Source of the DNA: a virus
DNA: 41,318 nucleotides
Strand: one strand, 5' to 3'
IMG/VR virus record: IMGVR_UViG_3300038797_000001
Span: 1-41,318 of that record
Part shown: piece by piece, positions 7,438 through 18,280 of the stretch
How the letters are laid out: every line of letters starts with the position of its first letter
Position numbering within the stretch: the stretch's first letter is position 1
Notes under the pieces: model-generated
Told to the model about the DNA's origin: nothing
What the model saw: the letters and a program-made list of their open reading frames with translations, nothing else
Database searches by the model: none
Program-made: the position numbers and the translations under genes

Positions 7438-8078
7438 GCATCATCGCCCTGACTTCTGAGCGTGGCCGCTCGGGCAAGGACACCCTCGTTGAGCTTCTCC
7501 GCGAGGAAGGCCATGAGGTCTATCGGGTTGCCTTCGGTGACGTTCTGAAACGCCAGTGCGCTGGTGTCCTGACTCACGACGAAGCCGCTCGGATCGTCAT
7601 GGAGAGCCACTGCCACACCGACCTCAAGGATGCTGTCTTTGAGGAACTGGCGATCTGCAACCTGCCCGAGACGCCTTACCGCGACTGGCTGTGGTTCGAC
7701 TGTGACCACGATGAGGGCATCCCTCGGTCGCCACGCTGGCACCTTCAGCAGTACGGCACCGGCTTCCGCCGCAACCACCTTCAAGACCTCGACGTCTGGC
7801 TGCGAGAAGGCATCAAGGTCGTCGATCAGGCGCCTAAGGGTTCCCTCGTGGTCGTCACTGACATGCGTCAGGCAAACGAATACGCGGCCCTCTCGGTTCG
7901 CCAAGCACACCTCGTTCGGCTGTCCCGCGATTGGCACATTGCTGCCGTTGACGACGTACCGCTGCACGCCACTGACATCGAACTGCGCGACTACCAGATG
8001 GACGCCCTTGTGGTGAACCGCTGGGGCAATGCTCGTGGGATGTTGGATCAACTGAAAGAACAAGGAGTCATCGAATGA
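7434..8078 (+). CDS. Deoxynucleoside monophosphate kinase-like (T4 Dnk-type P-loop)
   Basis: SERGRSGKDT near the N-terminus resembles the T4 gp1 GxxRSGKDT loop. ATG 7434 overlaps the upstream stop (ATGA). The track start at 7407 was rejected. Confidence 0.7.
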   Translation: MSIIALTSERGRSGKDTLVELLREEGHEVYRVAFGDVLKRQCAGVLTHDEAARIVMESHCHTDLKDAVFEELAICNLPETPYRDWLWFDCDHDEGIPRSPRWHLQQYGTGFRRNHLQDLDVWLREGIKVVDQAPKGSLVVVTDMRQANEYAALSVRQAHLVRLSRDWHIAAVDDVPLHATDIELRDYQMDALVVNRWGNARGMLDQLKEQGVIE

Positions 8079-8248
8079 GCAACGCTGAAAAGCAGAAAAT
8101 GAAGAAGTTCCTCGTGATCGTGGAGCTTCGCAACGTGGTACAGGAAGTGCCGATGTTCGCCCGCAACATTGAGGAAGCCCTTGAGGCTGCTGATATGGAA
8201 TACGGTGAGGACAACGTGCGCCGGATCCGCCCGGAGGTGACCCAATGA
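8075..8248 (+). CDS. gp2: gp2-like inhibitor of host RNA polymerase (57 aa); not in the ORF track
   Basis: QEVPMFARNIEEALEAADMEY...VRRIRP parallels T7 Gp2 [21 protein letters not shown]...VTRVRP (from memory). AAGGAG lies 7 nt upstream. ATGA overlaps occur at both ends. Confidence 0.7.
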   Translation: MSNAEKQKMKKFLVIVELRNVVQEVPMFARNIEEALEAADMEYGEDNVRRIRPEVTQ

Positions 8249-8472
8249 GCCTCGCAGATCGCTTTGAGCAAGTCCTTCAGGGCCTCGGAGGCTTCTGCAA
8301 GGATGACCTCGACGGGGCAGGTCTGGCGTTCCTCAAGGAGCTACAAGAGGCCGACGTGGAGATTGACAAGCTGGCATGTCTGGAAGCTGGCGGCGTGGAC
8401 AACTGGGATTTCTACCACGATTCCCTACGCGACAATAACTGGATCGGCCTCGAAGGAGATGACGACGAATGA
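8245..8472 (+). CDS. Acidic hypothetical protein (75 aa)
   Basis: GGAGG lies 7 nt upstream. ATGA coupling at both ends. Confidence 0.7.
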   Translation: MSLADRFEQVLQGLGGFCKDDLDGAGLAFLKELQEADVEIDKLACLEAGGVDNWDFYHDSLRDNNWIGLEGDDDE

Positions 8473-8810
8473 ACCGTGCCCAAGGCAACACTCGCCAAGC
8501 CCCTGATGGCTTCCTGCACATTCAGAACTTCACCGTGACCAAGCACAGCGGAATGGCTGGCGTGGTCTACACGCACATCCTTGACGACCACCAAAGGTCT
8601 CTCATTGAGGGCCTGCTGATCGAGCGTGCGATCTCCCTCAAGGGCGACGAGCTGCACCACTTCAAGCATGGCGTGTGGCGGTTCCGCAAGGAGTTCCTGA
8701 AGGCCAACTTCAAGGAGGTCGTCCACGCCACCACCAAGATCATGCAGACCCCAGTGATCGTTACGTTCCGAGAGAAGCTCATCACTGAGCGCGAGTCTCT
8801 GGCGTTTTAA
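8469..8810 (+). CDS. Hypothetical protein (113 aa)
   Basis: ATGA coupling to the upstream ORF. The stop TAA 8808-8810 overlaps the promoter. Confidence 0.7.
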   Translation: MNRAQGNTRQAPDGFLHIQNFTVTKHSGMAGVVYTHILDDHQRSLIEGLLIERAISLKGDELHHFKHGVWRFRKEFLKANFKEVVHATTKIMQTPVIVTFREKLITERESLAF

Positions 8811-8830
8811 AAACCCTCACTGTGGCTACA
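8808..8830 (+). promoter_or_regulatory. Phage-RNAP promoter (TAAAAACCCTCACTGTGGCTACA)
   Basis: Full match to the repeated 23-mer. Confidence 0.85.
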
Positions 8831-8857
8831 CCCAATCAAATCTCAAGGAGGCCCTCA

Positions 8858-9565
8858 ATGGCTAAATCGCAAAAAGTTTTCATGTTCTCCCCGAAAGGCA
8901 TCGCTGAGCCGTACTGCTCGCTCCAGAAGCCTGACTACGGCAACGAGGCCAAAGGCTTCGGCAACCCTCGTGGTGTCTACAAGGTCAACCTGACCGTGCC
9001 ACGCAAGGACGCCCAACCGCTGATCGACAAGATCGTGAAGGCACAGGAAGCCAACTGGGCGGCGATCATGGAAGACTGGAAGAACGGCGGTGAGGCTGCT
9101 GCCCGTGCCAAGCTGCAACGCGGCAAGAAACTGCTGGAACCCTACGAGGGCGACCTGCCGTTCTTCGAGAACGAGGATGGCACAGTCACCTTCAAGTTCG
9201 CCGGTTATGCGTCGTACACCGACAAGCAGACCCAAGAGAACAAGCAAATCCAGCTCCGTGTCGTTGACTCGAAGGGCAAGCGCATCGACGCCGTGCCTGC
9301 GATCTCCGGTGGTTCCGAGCTGAAGGTTCGCTTCTCCCTGTTCCCGTACACCTTCGGCGCCGTCGTTGGTGCAAGCGTCAAGCTGCAACTCGATTCCGTG
9401 ATGCTGCTGAAGCTGGTCGAATACGCCTCGGGCACCAGCGACTGGGATGGTCAGGAAGAAGACGGCTATGTGGCTCCTGAGCGTGACGCTTCGTGGGAAT
9501 CTCACGAGGATAACGACATGGGCCACGCTGGCGAAGCTGTCCCTGATGATGCGAGCGACTTCTGA
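8858..9565 (+). CDS. gp2.5: Single-stranded DNA-binding protein
   Basis: AEPY..KPDYGNEAKGFGNPRGVYKVNLT and VGASVKLQLDSVML match T7 gp2.5. Acidic C-terminus ending in DF. AAGGAGG RBS. The track start at 8822 was rejected. Confidence 0.95.
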   Translation: MAKSQKVFMFSPKGIAEPYCSLQKPDYGNEAKGFGNPRGVYKVNLTVPRKDAQPLIDKIVKAQEANWAAIMEDWKNGGEAAARAKLQRGKKLLEPYEGDLPFFENEDGTVTFKFAGYASYTDKQTQENKQIQLRVVDSKGKRIDAVPAISGGSELKVRFSLFPYTFGAVVGASVKLQLDSVMLLKLVEYASGTSDWDGQEEDGYVAPERDASWESHEDNDMGHAGEAVPDDASDF

Positions 9566-10008
9566 TGCGTTACGCTGGCCCTAAGGGTGCCCGAGTGGGC
9601 GCCTACAGGTCTGGCCTTGAAGATCGCAACGCGAGTCATATGGAAAAGCTCGGGGTCTCCTTTGACTTCGAGCTGTACCACATCAAGTACGTCGTCCCGG
9701 CACGTGATGCCAAGTACACGCCGGACTTCGTTCTTCGCAATGGAATCATCGTGGAGACCAAAGGGATATGGGAAGTGGAAGACCGCAAGAAGCACTTGCT
9801 GATCCGCGAGCAATACCCTGACCTCGACATTCGTCTGGTCTTCAGTTCTTCCAAGAGCAAGATCTACAAGGGTTCACCGACCTCATACGCCGACTTCTGC
9901 ACGAAGCACGGCATCCTCTTCGCAGACAAGCTCATTCCTCTGGCATGGCTTAAGGAGAAAACCAAAGAGATCCCGGCTGGGGTTCTCATTCCAAAAGGAG
10001 CCAAATGA
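9565..10008 (+). CDS. gp3: Endonuclease I (Holliday junction resolvase)
   Basis: FRSGLEDR, YTPDFVL, VETKGIWE and KKHLLIREQYPDLDIRLVFSS closely parallel T7 gp3. Confidence 0.95.
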   Translation: MRYAGPKGARVGAYRSGLEDRNASHMEKLGVSFDFELYHIKYVVPARDAKYTPDFVLRNGIIVETKGIWEVEDRKKHLLIREQYPDLDIRLVFSSSKSKIYKGSPTSYADFCTKHGILFADKLIPLAWLKEKTKEIPAGVLIPKGAK

Positions 10009-10445
10009 TGCCGAAGGTAAACTTTAAGAAGCGCCCAAGGACTGACTTCATTGTCGTCCACTGCGCAGCCACCAAACCGACCATGGACATCGGTGTCCGT
10101 GAGATCCGTCAGTGGCACGTTGGCCAAGGCTGGCTCGATGTCGGTTACCACTTCGTGATCCGTCGCAACGGCACGGTCGAAGATGGGCGTCCGCATGACG
10201 TCATCGGTTCGCATGTGAAGGACTACAACTCGCGAGCACTGGGCATCTGTCTGGTCGGTGGTATCAACGCCGAGGGCAAGCCCGAGAACAACTTCACCAA
10301 GGAGCAATTCGACTCCTTGCACCTGCTGCTCATCGCCACCAAACGCCAGTATCCAGAGGCCAACATCGTGGGTCACCGCGAGCTTGATCCTGGGAAGGCA
10401 TGCCCGTCTTTCGACGTGGGTAACTGGTTGGCTGACGGTCACTGA
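10005..10445 (+). CDS. gp3.5: N-acetylmuramoyl-L-alanine amidase (T7 lysozyme-like; RNAP regulator)
   Basis: VVHCAATKP, VREIRQWH, QGWLDVGYHF and KACPSFD match T7 gp3.5. Confidence 0.95.
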   Translation: MMPKVNFKKRPRTDFIVVHCAATKPTMDIGVREIRQWHVGQGWLDVGYHFVIRRNGTVEDGRPHDVIGSHVKDYNSRALGICLVGGINAEGKPENNFTKEQFDSLHLLLIATKRQYPEANIVGHRELDPGKACPSFDVGNWLADGH

Positions 10446-10447
10446 TT

Positions 10448-10470
10448 CAAAAACCCTCACTGTGGCTACA
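10448..10470 (+). promoter_or_regulatory. Phage-RNAP promoter (CAAAAACCCTCACTGTGGCTACA)
   Basis: Matches the repeated 23-mer except for C at -17. Confidence 0.8.
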
Positions 10471-10523
10471 GAGAATCCTAAAGGTTCTTTGTGGCCTTTT
10501 TACGTTGACTTGTGGAGGCCAAT

Positions 10524-12765
<2,242 letters not shown>

Positions 12766-12776
12766 GGAGAACCAAC

Positions 12777-12992
12777 ATGAAAGCACCACTGACCACTCTG
12801 AAGACCTTCGACATCGTTTCGTTCCTGATCGCTCTGGCCGCTCGCATCGCCAAACGTCGCCATGAAAAGGCCGTTCAACGCGAGGCCGATCTGCTGGCTG
12901 CCATCGAGATCACTCGTAGCGCCTACGCCAAGGCCGTTGAACACCGCGTCAATACCAACTGGCGCGCTCAAGATCTGAAACGCGTGAGCTGA
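12777..12992 (+). CDS. Hypothetical protein (71 aa), one hydrophobic segment
   Basis: AAGGAG RBS, followed by an intrinsic terminator. Confidence 0.7.
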   Translation: MKAPLTTLKTFDIVSFLIALAARIAKRRHEKAVQREADLLAAIEITRSAYAKAVEHRVNTNWRAQDLKRVS

Positions 12993-12995
12993 TCC

Positions 12996-13023
12996 AAGGG
13001 CCTTCTCTCTGAGAGGGCCTTTT
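12996..13023 (+). terminator. Intrinsic terminator-like hairpin inside the replication module
   Basis: 9-bp stem GGCCTTCTC / GAGAGGGCC (1 G-U pair), 3-nt loop, then TTTT. Confidence 0.6.
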
Positions 13024-13059
13024 AGTGAGTTCACAGCGAAACACAACGGGGGAAACAAC

Positions 13060-13548
13060 ATGCTCGACAATCAAGAAGTTCGCCAGCACCTGCGTATGGG
13101 TGAACAAGCGGTAACCCTGCTGACCTCTATGGGATACCGCTACGAACGCCCGAAGGATGGCCCTCATGTGTGGGTCGCTCCTGAGGAAAAGAAGGTAGAC
13201 CCGAAAGAAGTCTTAGCGAAGTTCCTGAGGGATCAAGCTGAGGTTCTCTCGCCGACTCCGAAGTTCGCCACAACGTTCAATCCGTCCGCGATATTCCGTA
13301 CCTCGGGCGCACCACCAATACCAGCCGGTCGCCGCTTCACCGTGGAACCGCACCGCATCCCTAAATGGCACAGTCTCTTCGTGTTCAACGCGAACCACTT
13401 TCGAGGCGTCAACTTCGAAGTAATCCGTTGTTTCCAGCCTGCGACCGAGCACTTCCCAATTGGTTGGGCCGTTGAGTTCCGTATGCGAACCACGCCCTTC
13501 GAATGGGAAAATGTCTGGTTGCCGCTGAGTGCCTGTGCCTTCCACTAA
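13060..13548 (+). CDS. Hypothetical protein (162 aa)
   Basis: GGGGGA lies upstream of the ATG. Sits between the helicase and polymerase genes. No motif recognised. Confidence 0.7.
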   Translation: MLDNQEVRQHLRMGEQAVTLLTSMGYRYERPKDGPHVWVAPEEKKVDPKEVLAKFLRDQAEVLSPTPKFATTFNPSAIFRTSGAPPIPAGRRFTVEPHRIPKWHSLFVFNANHFRGVNFEVIRCFQPATEHFPIGWAVEFRMRTTPFEWENVWLPLSACAFH

Positions 13549-13559
13549 GGAGGGCCTCT

Positions 13560-15698
13560 ATGCTCATCTCTGACATTGAAACGAATGGTCTCCTTGAGAC
13601 GGTAGACCGGTTCCACTGCGCCACGATCCAAGACTACTTCACTGGGCAATACACCCGGTACGATGAGTCCACCTTCAAGGACTACATCAAGGCCCTTGAG
13701 GCAGAAGCGGCGAAGCCTGACGGTCTGATCGTTGGGCACAACTTCATCAAGTACGACGTGCCTGCACTCGACAAGCTCAAGCGTCTGTACTTCGGCAAGC
13801 GACTCAACATCCCCCGCAAGCGCATCCTCGACACCCTCGTTCTGACCCGGTTGGTTTACTCCAATGTCCGGGATCGTGACGCTGGGTTGCTTCGTTCGGG
13901 GATCCTTCCGGGCAAGATGTTCGGCTCCCACTCCCTTGAGGCGTGGGGATATCGCTTGGGCGAGATGAAGGGCGAGTACAAGACAGACTTCCTGAAGGCC
14001 TGCGAGGTCGAGGGGATTCCCTATACGCCCGGCCTTGAGTGGGCCGAGTGCAACCAAGCGATGGAGGATTACTGTGAGCAGGACGTTAGGGTCACCTCGA
14101 AGTTGCTCCGTAAGATCCTTGACGATCGACACTACTTCACGGACGACGGCTCGGCAATCGAGTCGGTTCGCCTTGAGCACGATGCTGCATGGTCTCTGGC
14201 CCAAATGGAGCGCAATGGGTTTCCGTTCAACATGGACGGCGCCGAACGCCTTTATTCCGAGCTTGCGGGTCGCCGCTCCGATCTACTCGTTCAACTGATC
14301 CAGACCTTCGGGTCGTGGTATTCGCCGAAGGGCGGAACCTCCGCGTTCCTCAATCCGAAGAACGGCGAGCCTATCGACTTCTGGTCTGATGGCCGTCCGA
14401 TGCCCAAGGTGAAGTACCCGAAAGTCGGTGACGTGTACCTGAAGAACGGCAAGACCAAGGACACCCGTGAGACGTTCGCTGGGGCGCCCTTCACGCCAAT
14501 CGAGCTGGTCACCTTCAACCCGGCCAGCCGTCCGCACCTCGCGAAGGTTCTCAAGGATGCCGGATGGGTTCCGTCAGTCTTCACCGACAACGGCGCCCCT
14601 GTGGTGGACGATGAGGCCCTTGAGCACGTCAAGGTAACCGACCCTACCAAGCAGGCTGCCATTGAGCTGGTGCGTGAGTACCTGATGATTCAGAAGCGCA
14701 TTGGCATGCTGGCTGAGGGTGACAACGCATGGATGAAGATGACCCACGCTGATGGGTTCATCCACGGGAACATCAACCCGAACGGTGCAGGTACTGGCCG
14801 GGCAACTCACAGCTATCCGAACATGGGCCAAGTGCCCTCGGGTACAGCCGTCTACGGGCCTCAGTGCCGGTCGCTCTTTGGGGCGATCTATGCGAGACAC
14901 CTGAAGGGCTGGGAGAACGCCATCCAGATCGGCTCCGACGCGAGCGGCCTTGAGCTTCGTTGCTTGGGTCACTTCGGTGCTCCGTTCGATGGTGGTTCCT
15001 ACGCTGAGACCGTCCTCAATGGTGACATCCACTGGGTCAACGGGAAGGCCGCTGGGATCGTCAAGTTCGACATCCGCGACAAGCACAACGAAGAACACGA
15101 GGCCCAACGGGCAATCGCTAAGACCTTCATCTACGCGTTCCTCTACGGCGCTGGTGATGAACTCGTGGGTTCCTTTGTGGGAGGCGGGAAGAAGGAAGGG
15201 AAGCTCCTGAAGAAAGCCTTCATGGAGAACACCCCGGCCATCTCCGGCTTGCAAGGTGCCATCGCTGACCAGCTCATCACAGAGCAGAAGTGGAACCAAG
15301 CGACCAAGCGTTTCGACATCAAGTGGAAGCGCAAATGGCTGAAGGGTCTGGACGGTCGCAAGATCCACGTCCGGTCCCCGCACTCGGCCCTCAACTTCCT
15401 GCTCCAGTCTGCCGGTGCAATCATCTGCAAGAAGTGGGTCGTTGAGGTTGAACGCCTGCTGATGGATGAGCACGGCCTGCACCACGGCTGGTACAAGGAC
15501 GACGGTTCGCCGGGTGACTTCTGCTTCATGGCGTGGGTTCACGACGAACTCCAGATCGCCGCTCGCACTCCTGAGATCGCACAGCTCATTGCTGAGGTCT
15601 CCCAACAAGCCATCCGAAACGTTGGCGATTCTTTCAACTTCCGTTGCGTCCTCGACACTGATTTCAAGATCGGTGAGACGTGGCGCGAGTGTCACTAA
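13560..15698 (+). CDS. gp5: DNA polymerase (family A, T7 gp5-like, with 3'-5' exonuclease)
   Basis: MLISDIETNGL (Exo I), DASGLELRCLGHF (motif A), KTFIYAFLYGAG (motif B), WVHDELQ (motif C), ends ...WRECH. AAGGAGG RBS. The track start at 13503 was rejected. Confidence 0.96.
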   Translation: MLISDIETNGLLETVDRFHCATIQDYFTGQYTRYDESTFKDYIKALEAEAAKPDGLIVGHNFIKYDVPALDKLKRLYFGKRLNIPRKRILDTLVLTRLVYSNVRDRDAGLLRSGILPGKMFGSHSLEAWGYRLGEMKGEYKTDFLKACEVEGIPYTPGLEWAECNQAMEDYCEQDVRVTSKLLRKILDDRHYFTDDGSAIESVRLEHDAAWSLAQMERNGFPFNMDGAERLYSELAGRRSDLLVQLIQTFGSWYSPKGGTSAFLNPKNGEPIDFWSDGRPMPKVKYPKVGDVYLKNGKTKDTRETFAGAPFTPIELVTFNPASRPHLAKVLKDAGWVPSVFTDNGAPVVDDEALEHVKVTDPTKQAAIELVREYLMIQKRIGMLAEGDNAWMKMTHADGFIHGNINPNGAGTGRATHSYPNMGQVPSGTAVYGPQCRSLFGAIYARHLKGWENAIQIGSDASGLELRCLGHFGAPFDGGSYAETVLNGDIHWVNGKAAGIVKFDIRDKHNEEHEAQRAIAKTFIYAFLYGAGDELVGSFVGGGKKEGKLLKKAFMENTPAISGLQGAIADQLITEQKWNQATKRFDIKWKRKWLKGLDGRKIHVRSPHSALNFLLQSAGAIICKKWVVEVERLLMDEHGLHHGWYKDDGSPGDFCFMAWVHDELQIAARTPEIAQLIAEVSQQAIRNVGDSFNFRCVLDTDFKIGETWRECH

Positions 15699-15709
15699 TA
15701 GGAGGCCAC

Positions 15710-16165
15710 ATGGCTATCACAATGAAACTGACCGTCAACTTCCCGCTGTCCATCGTCGTCTCGAAGGAGACCCTTGAGGACTTCAAGGTAGCCCGTGAGC
15801 GTGCCCGTGAGATCCTCGCAGCCGCTGAGGTTCCGAAGATGCACGGCGAGACGAAGTATCGGGTCGAGCTGCTGGCCAGCGACAAGACCGACGAGGAATG
15901 CCTTGAGGTCATCTTCCGTCAAGGCATCCGTGAGTTCGTCCGTGATGATCTCGTGAAGGAGATCGCAAGCACCGAGGCGCGAGTTCGTGTGGGTGACATC
16001 AAGGTCACCTATGAGAAGCCCATGGAGCCTAAGGGTTCCTGTCAGGGCTGCATCTACGACGACTGCAAGCAGGAGTCCAATCGATCGGCAAATGCTGGCT
16101 GCGCCTTCAAGCAGACTGGTATCCGCTCGCCGCACTTCGAGACCCGCTTCGAGAAGACCGTATGA
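15710..16165 (+). CDS. Hypothetical protein (151 aa) with C-terminal Cys cluster
   Basis: AGGAGG RBS precedes ATG 15710. Contains CQGCIYDDCKQESNRSANAGC. The track start at 15680 was rejected. Confidence 0.75.
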   Translation: MAITMKLTVNFPLSIVVSKETLEDFKVARERAREILAAAEVPKMHGETKYRVELLASDKTDEECLEVIFRQGIREFVRDDLVKEIASTEARVRVGDIKVTYEKPMEPKGSCQGCIYDDCKQESNRSANAGCAFKQTGIRSPHFETRFEKTV

Positions 16166-16371
16166 CCGAGTACCTAAAGGCTCTCTACGCCATCAAGAAG
16201 GAGGTCAGAACGTTCCAGTCGGACTTCTACCGCAGCAACGCCGCGCTGGTCTCTGAGGCTGCCTCACGGGGCCACATCACCTGTCTGCGTACCGATGGCC
16301 GGAACATGGGCTACTGGTCGCTGACCACTGCCGGTCAACTCTTTCTCTCGGAATTCGGAGGTGCGCTGTGA
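16162..16371 (+). CDS. gp5.7: gp5.7-like protein (69 aa; T7 gp5.7 inhibits host sigmaS-RNAP)
   Basis: YLKALYAIKKEVRTFQSDFYRSNAALVSEAASRGHITCL...GRN resembles my recollection of T7 gp5.7. Same length and same position before the exonuclease gene. Confidence 0.7.
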   Translation: MTEYLKALYAIKKEVRTFQSDFYRSNAALVSEAASRGHITCLRTDGRNMGYWSLTTAGQLFLSEFGGAL

Positions 16372-17279
16372 GTAAACTGAAAATCGGTTTGGCGCACGAT
16401 ATGGACTACCTGATCTTCTCCGCGATGTCCGCTGCTGAAACTGAGCAGGACTGGGGCGAAGACGTGTGGACTCTGGAGTGTGACCACAAGGAAGCCCGAG
16501 GGATCCTCTTCGGCACCATCAAGAAGATCAAGGATGAGATCGCTGCTCAGCTTAAGCGCAAGTTCAAGCTGACCCCGGACAAGTACGAGTTCGTTGACCT
16601 CTGCATCCTCAGCGGTGACGACAACTGGCGCAAGGAAGTCCTTGAGACCTACAAGGCCAACCGTAAGGGCAAGCGCAAGCCAGTCGGCTATCCAGTCTTC
16701 TGCCAAGGCATCCTCGACCATTTCGGCGAGAAGTCCTACAAGTGGCACGGCGTGGAAGGCGATGACGTCTGTGGGATCCTGATGACCAATCCGGGCCTCG
16801 CTGGTTGCGACCGCGTTATCTCCGTGTCCTGTGATAAGGACTTCAACACGGTTCCGGGTTACTTCTTCTGGTTGACCCAAATGGAACTCGTGAAGAACGA
16901 CGAAGAGACGGCCAACCTGCACCACTTCTACCAGACCCTCAAGGGCGACACTACGGACGGCTACGGCGGTGTGCCGGGTGTCGGTGAGGCGTTCGCTGGT
17001 GGGCTGTGGGAATGGCTGAAGAAACCAGAGTGGTTCTATCAGGCCACGAAGGTGATGAAGTCAGGCGCTCGCAAGGGTGAAGAGGTTCCCTATTGGACGA
17101 GCGATAAGCTCGAAGATTGGGACGGCGAAAGTCCTTCCCGTTGGGAGTGCATGGTGGCCCTCGCTGAGAAGCAAGGGATGAGTGAAGAGGATCTCATCGT
17201 CCAAGCTCAGGTCGCTCGCATCCTGCGCTGGTCTGACTGGGATCACGAGGCCAAGAAGCCGATCCTCTGGAGGCCGTGA
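16368..17279 (+). CDS. gp6: 5'-3' exonuclease
   Basis: DYLIFSAMSAAE, NWRKEVLETYKANRK, SCDKDFNT, LKGDTTDGYGGVPG, ends ILWRP as in T7 gp6. GTG start overlaps the upstream TGA (GTGA). Confidence 0.93.
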   Translation: MSKLKIGLAHDMDYLIFSAMSAAETEQDWGEDVWTLECDHKEARGILFGTIKKIKDEIAAQLKRKFKLTPDKYEFVDLCILSGDDNWRKEVLETYKANRKGKRKPVGYPVFCQGILDHFGEKSYKWHGVEGDDVCGILMTNPGLAGCDRVISVSCDKDFNTVPGYFFWLTQMELVKNDEETANLHHFYQTLKGDTTDGYGGVPGVGEAFAGGLWEWLKKPEWFYQATKVMKSGARKGEEVPYWTSDKLEDWDGESPSRWECMVALAEKQGMSEEDLIVQAQVARILRWSDWDHEAKKPILWRP

Positions 17280-17359
17280 TGGATCGCATCGACATCGCTC
17301 TGATCTGCCTTGGCGCTGCTGAGGTATGGGCCATTGGTGTGTTCGCAGGCTTCTGGTAG
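17279..17359 (+). CDS. Possible 26-aa hydrophobic peptide (MDRIDIALICLGAAEVWAIGVFAGFW), at the gene 6.3 position
   Basis: ATG shares one nt with the exonuclease TGA. Open frame is hand-translated. No independent RBS. Confidence 0.4.
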   Translation: MDRIDIALICLGAAEVWAIGVFAGFW

Positions 17360-17360
17360 T

Positions 17361-17383
17361 TAAAACCCCTCACTATGGCTATG
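17361..17383 (+). promoter_or_regulatory. Phage-RNAP promoter, late type (TAAAACCCCTCACTATGGCTATG)
   Basis: Matches the 23-mer with C at -12 and A at -3. Confidence 0.85.
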
Positions 17384-17430
17384 GGAGGCCGAAAGGTTAT
17401 ATCCCTTTAGGTCTCCTTTAAGGAGGTCAT

Positions 17431-17691
17431 TTGCTCAGCATCATCCAACACCATCTCAATAACCCTGATGACATTCCTGACATCTCCCCGGTTGCCGCCG
17501 AGTACCTCGCAGTCCGCCTCAACGGTTCCTATCTGATCGCCACTGGCGTGATCGATGACCTGCGCAAGGCTGGCTATAGCGAGTCGTATATCGCTGGCTT
17601 CATGGATGGAGCGAACGCAGCCGTAGAGGTTACGGAACTGATGCAGGAGGCTCAGAAGCAACGACAGGAGGAAGCCCTCAGTGTGCTTTAA
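17431..17691 (+). CDS. Hypothetical protein (86 aa), gene 6.5 position
   Basis: AGGAGG lies 4 nt before a TTG start. There is no in-frame ATG near the 5' end. Confidence 0.65.
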   Translation: MLSIIQHHLNNPDDIPDISPVAAEYLAVRLNGSYLIATGVIDDLRKAGYSESYIAGFMDGANAAVEVTELMQEAQKQRQEEALSVL

Positions 17692-17965
17692 ATCCAAAGT
17701 CAAAACGCCGAAGACCAACCCCGATGCCCTTAAGGCTCCCGAGCCGGTTCTCTTAGAGGAACCCAAGGGCGTGGACTTCGGCGCATCTGAAGACGATCAG
17801 TCTACGGAAACCGGCACTGACAGCCTGAAAGTCAAAACCACGGCCACCGATAAGGGTGACGGCAGCTCTGATGCTGTGTCGTCCGATACCGGTACTGGTC
17901 CCGTCAAGAAAATCAAACCGGCTGCGTCCATCAAACGGGCAATGTCGGCCACCAAGAAAAAGTAA
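17681..17965 (+). CDS. gp6.7: Virion protein gp6.7-like
   Basis: N-terminus (M)CFKSKVKTPK parallels T7 gp6.7 MCFSPKIKTPK. GTG start with GGAGG 9 nt upstream. Basic C-terminus. Confidence 0.8.
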   Translation: MCFKSKVKTPKTNPDALKAPEPVLLEEPKGVDFGASEDDQSTETGTDSLKVKTTATDKGDGSSDAVSSDTGTGPVKKIKPAASIKRAMSATKKK

Positions 17966-17974
17966 GGAGGTTCC

Positions 17975-18280
17975 ATGGGATTCGGTAAGAGTCTGAAGAA
18001 GGCCGTCAAGAAAATCACCAAGACCGTCTCGAAGGTCGCTGACCCGGCTGGCGTGCTGGGCAACAAAGGCAGCGATGAGAAGGCAGCTCCAGAAGCAGCA
18101 CCTCAAGCTCCGGTCGTAGCGGCCCCAACGCCTGTCGCAGCGGTTCAAGTCGAGGCTCCTAAAGAGGACTCTTCGACCGAGGACGACGCTGATACTGCTG
18201 CTGCCAAGAAGGCGGCTGCTGCAAAAGGCAAGCGCGGTCTGTCCGTTGCCCGCTCCGCAGGTACTGGCATCAACATCTGA
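17975..18280 (+). CDS. gp7.3: Tail/host-range protein gp7.3-like
   Basis: MGFGKSLKKAVKKITKTV... and C-terminus GLSVARSAGTGINI parallel T7 gp7.3 (..SLSVARSSGGGINI). Confidence 0.85.
   Translation: MGFGKSLKKAVKKITKTVSKVADPAGVLGNKGSDEKAAPEAAPQAPVVAAPTPVAAVQVEAPKEDSSTEDDADTAAAKKAAAAKGKRGLSVARSAGTGINI

Noticed and set aside
13503-13559. Upstream extension of the DNA polymerase ORF (track start 13503); likewise track starts 247, 7407, 8822, 10512, 11053, 15680, 22135 and 39900
   Set aside because: Downstream ATGs carry proper SD sequences or ATGA/TGATG coupling, and they align with the N-termini of the T7 homologues. The extensions overlap upstream genes or regulatory elements.
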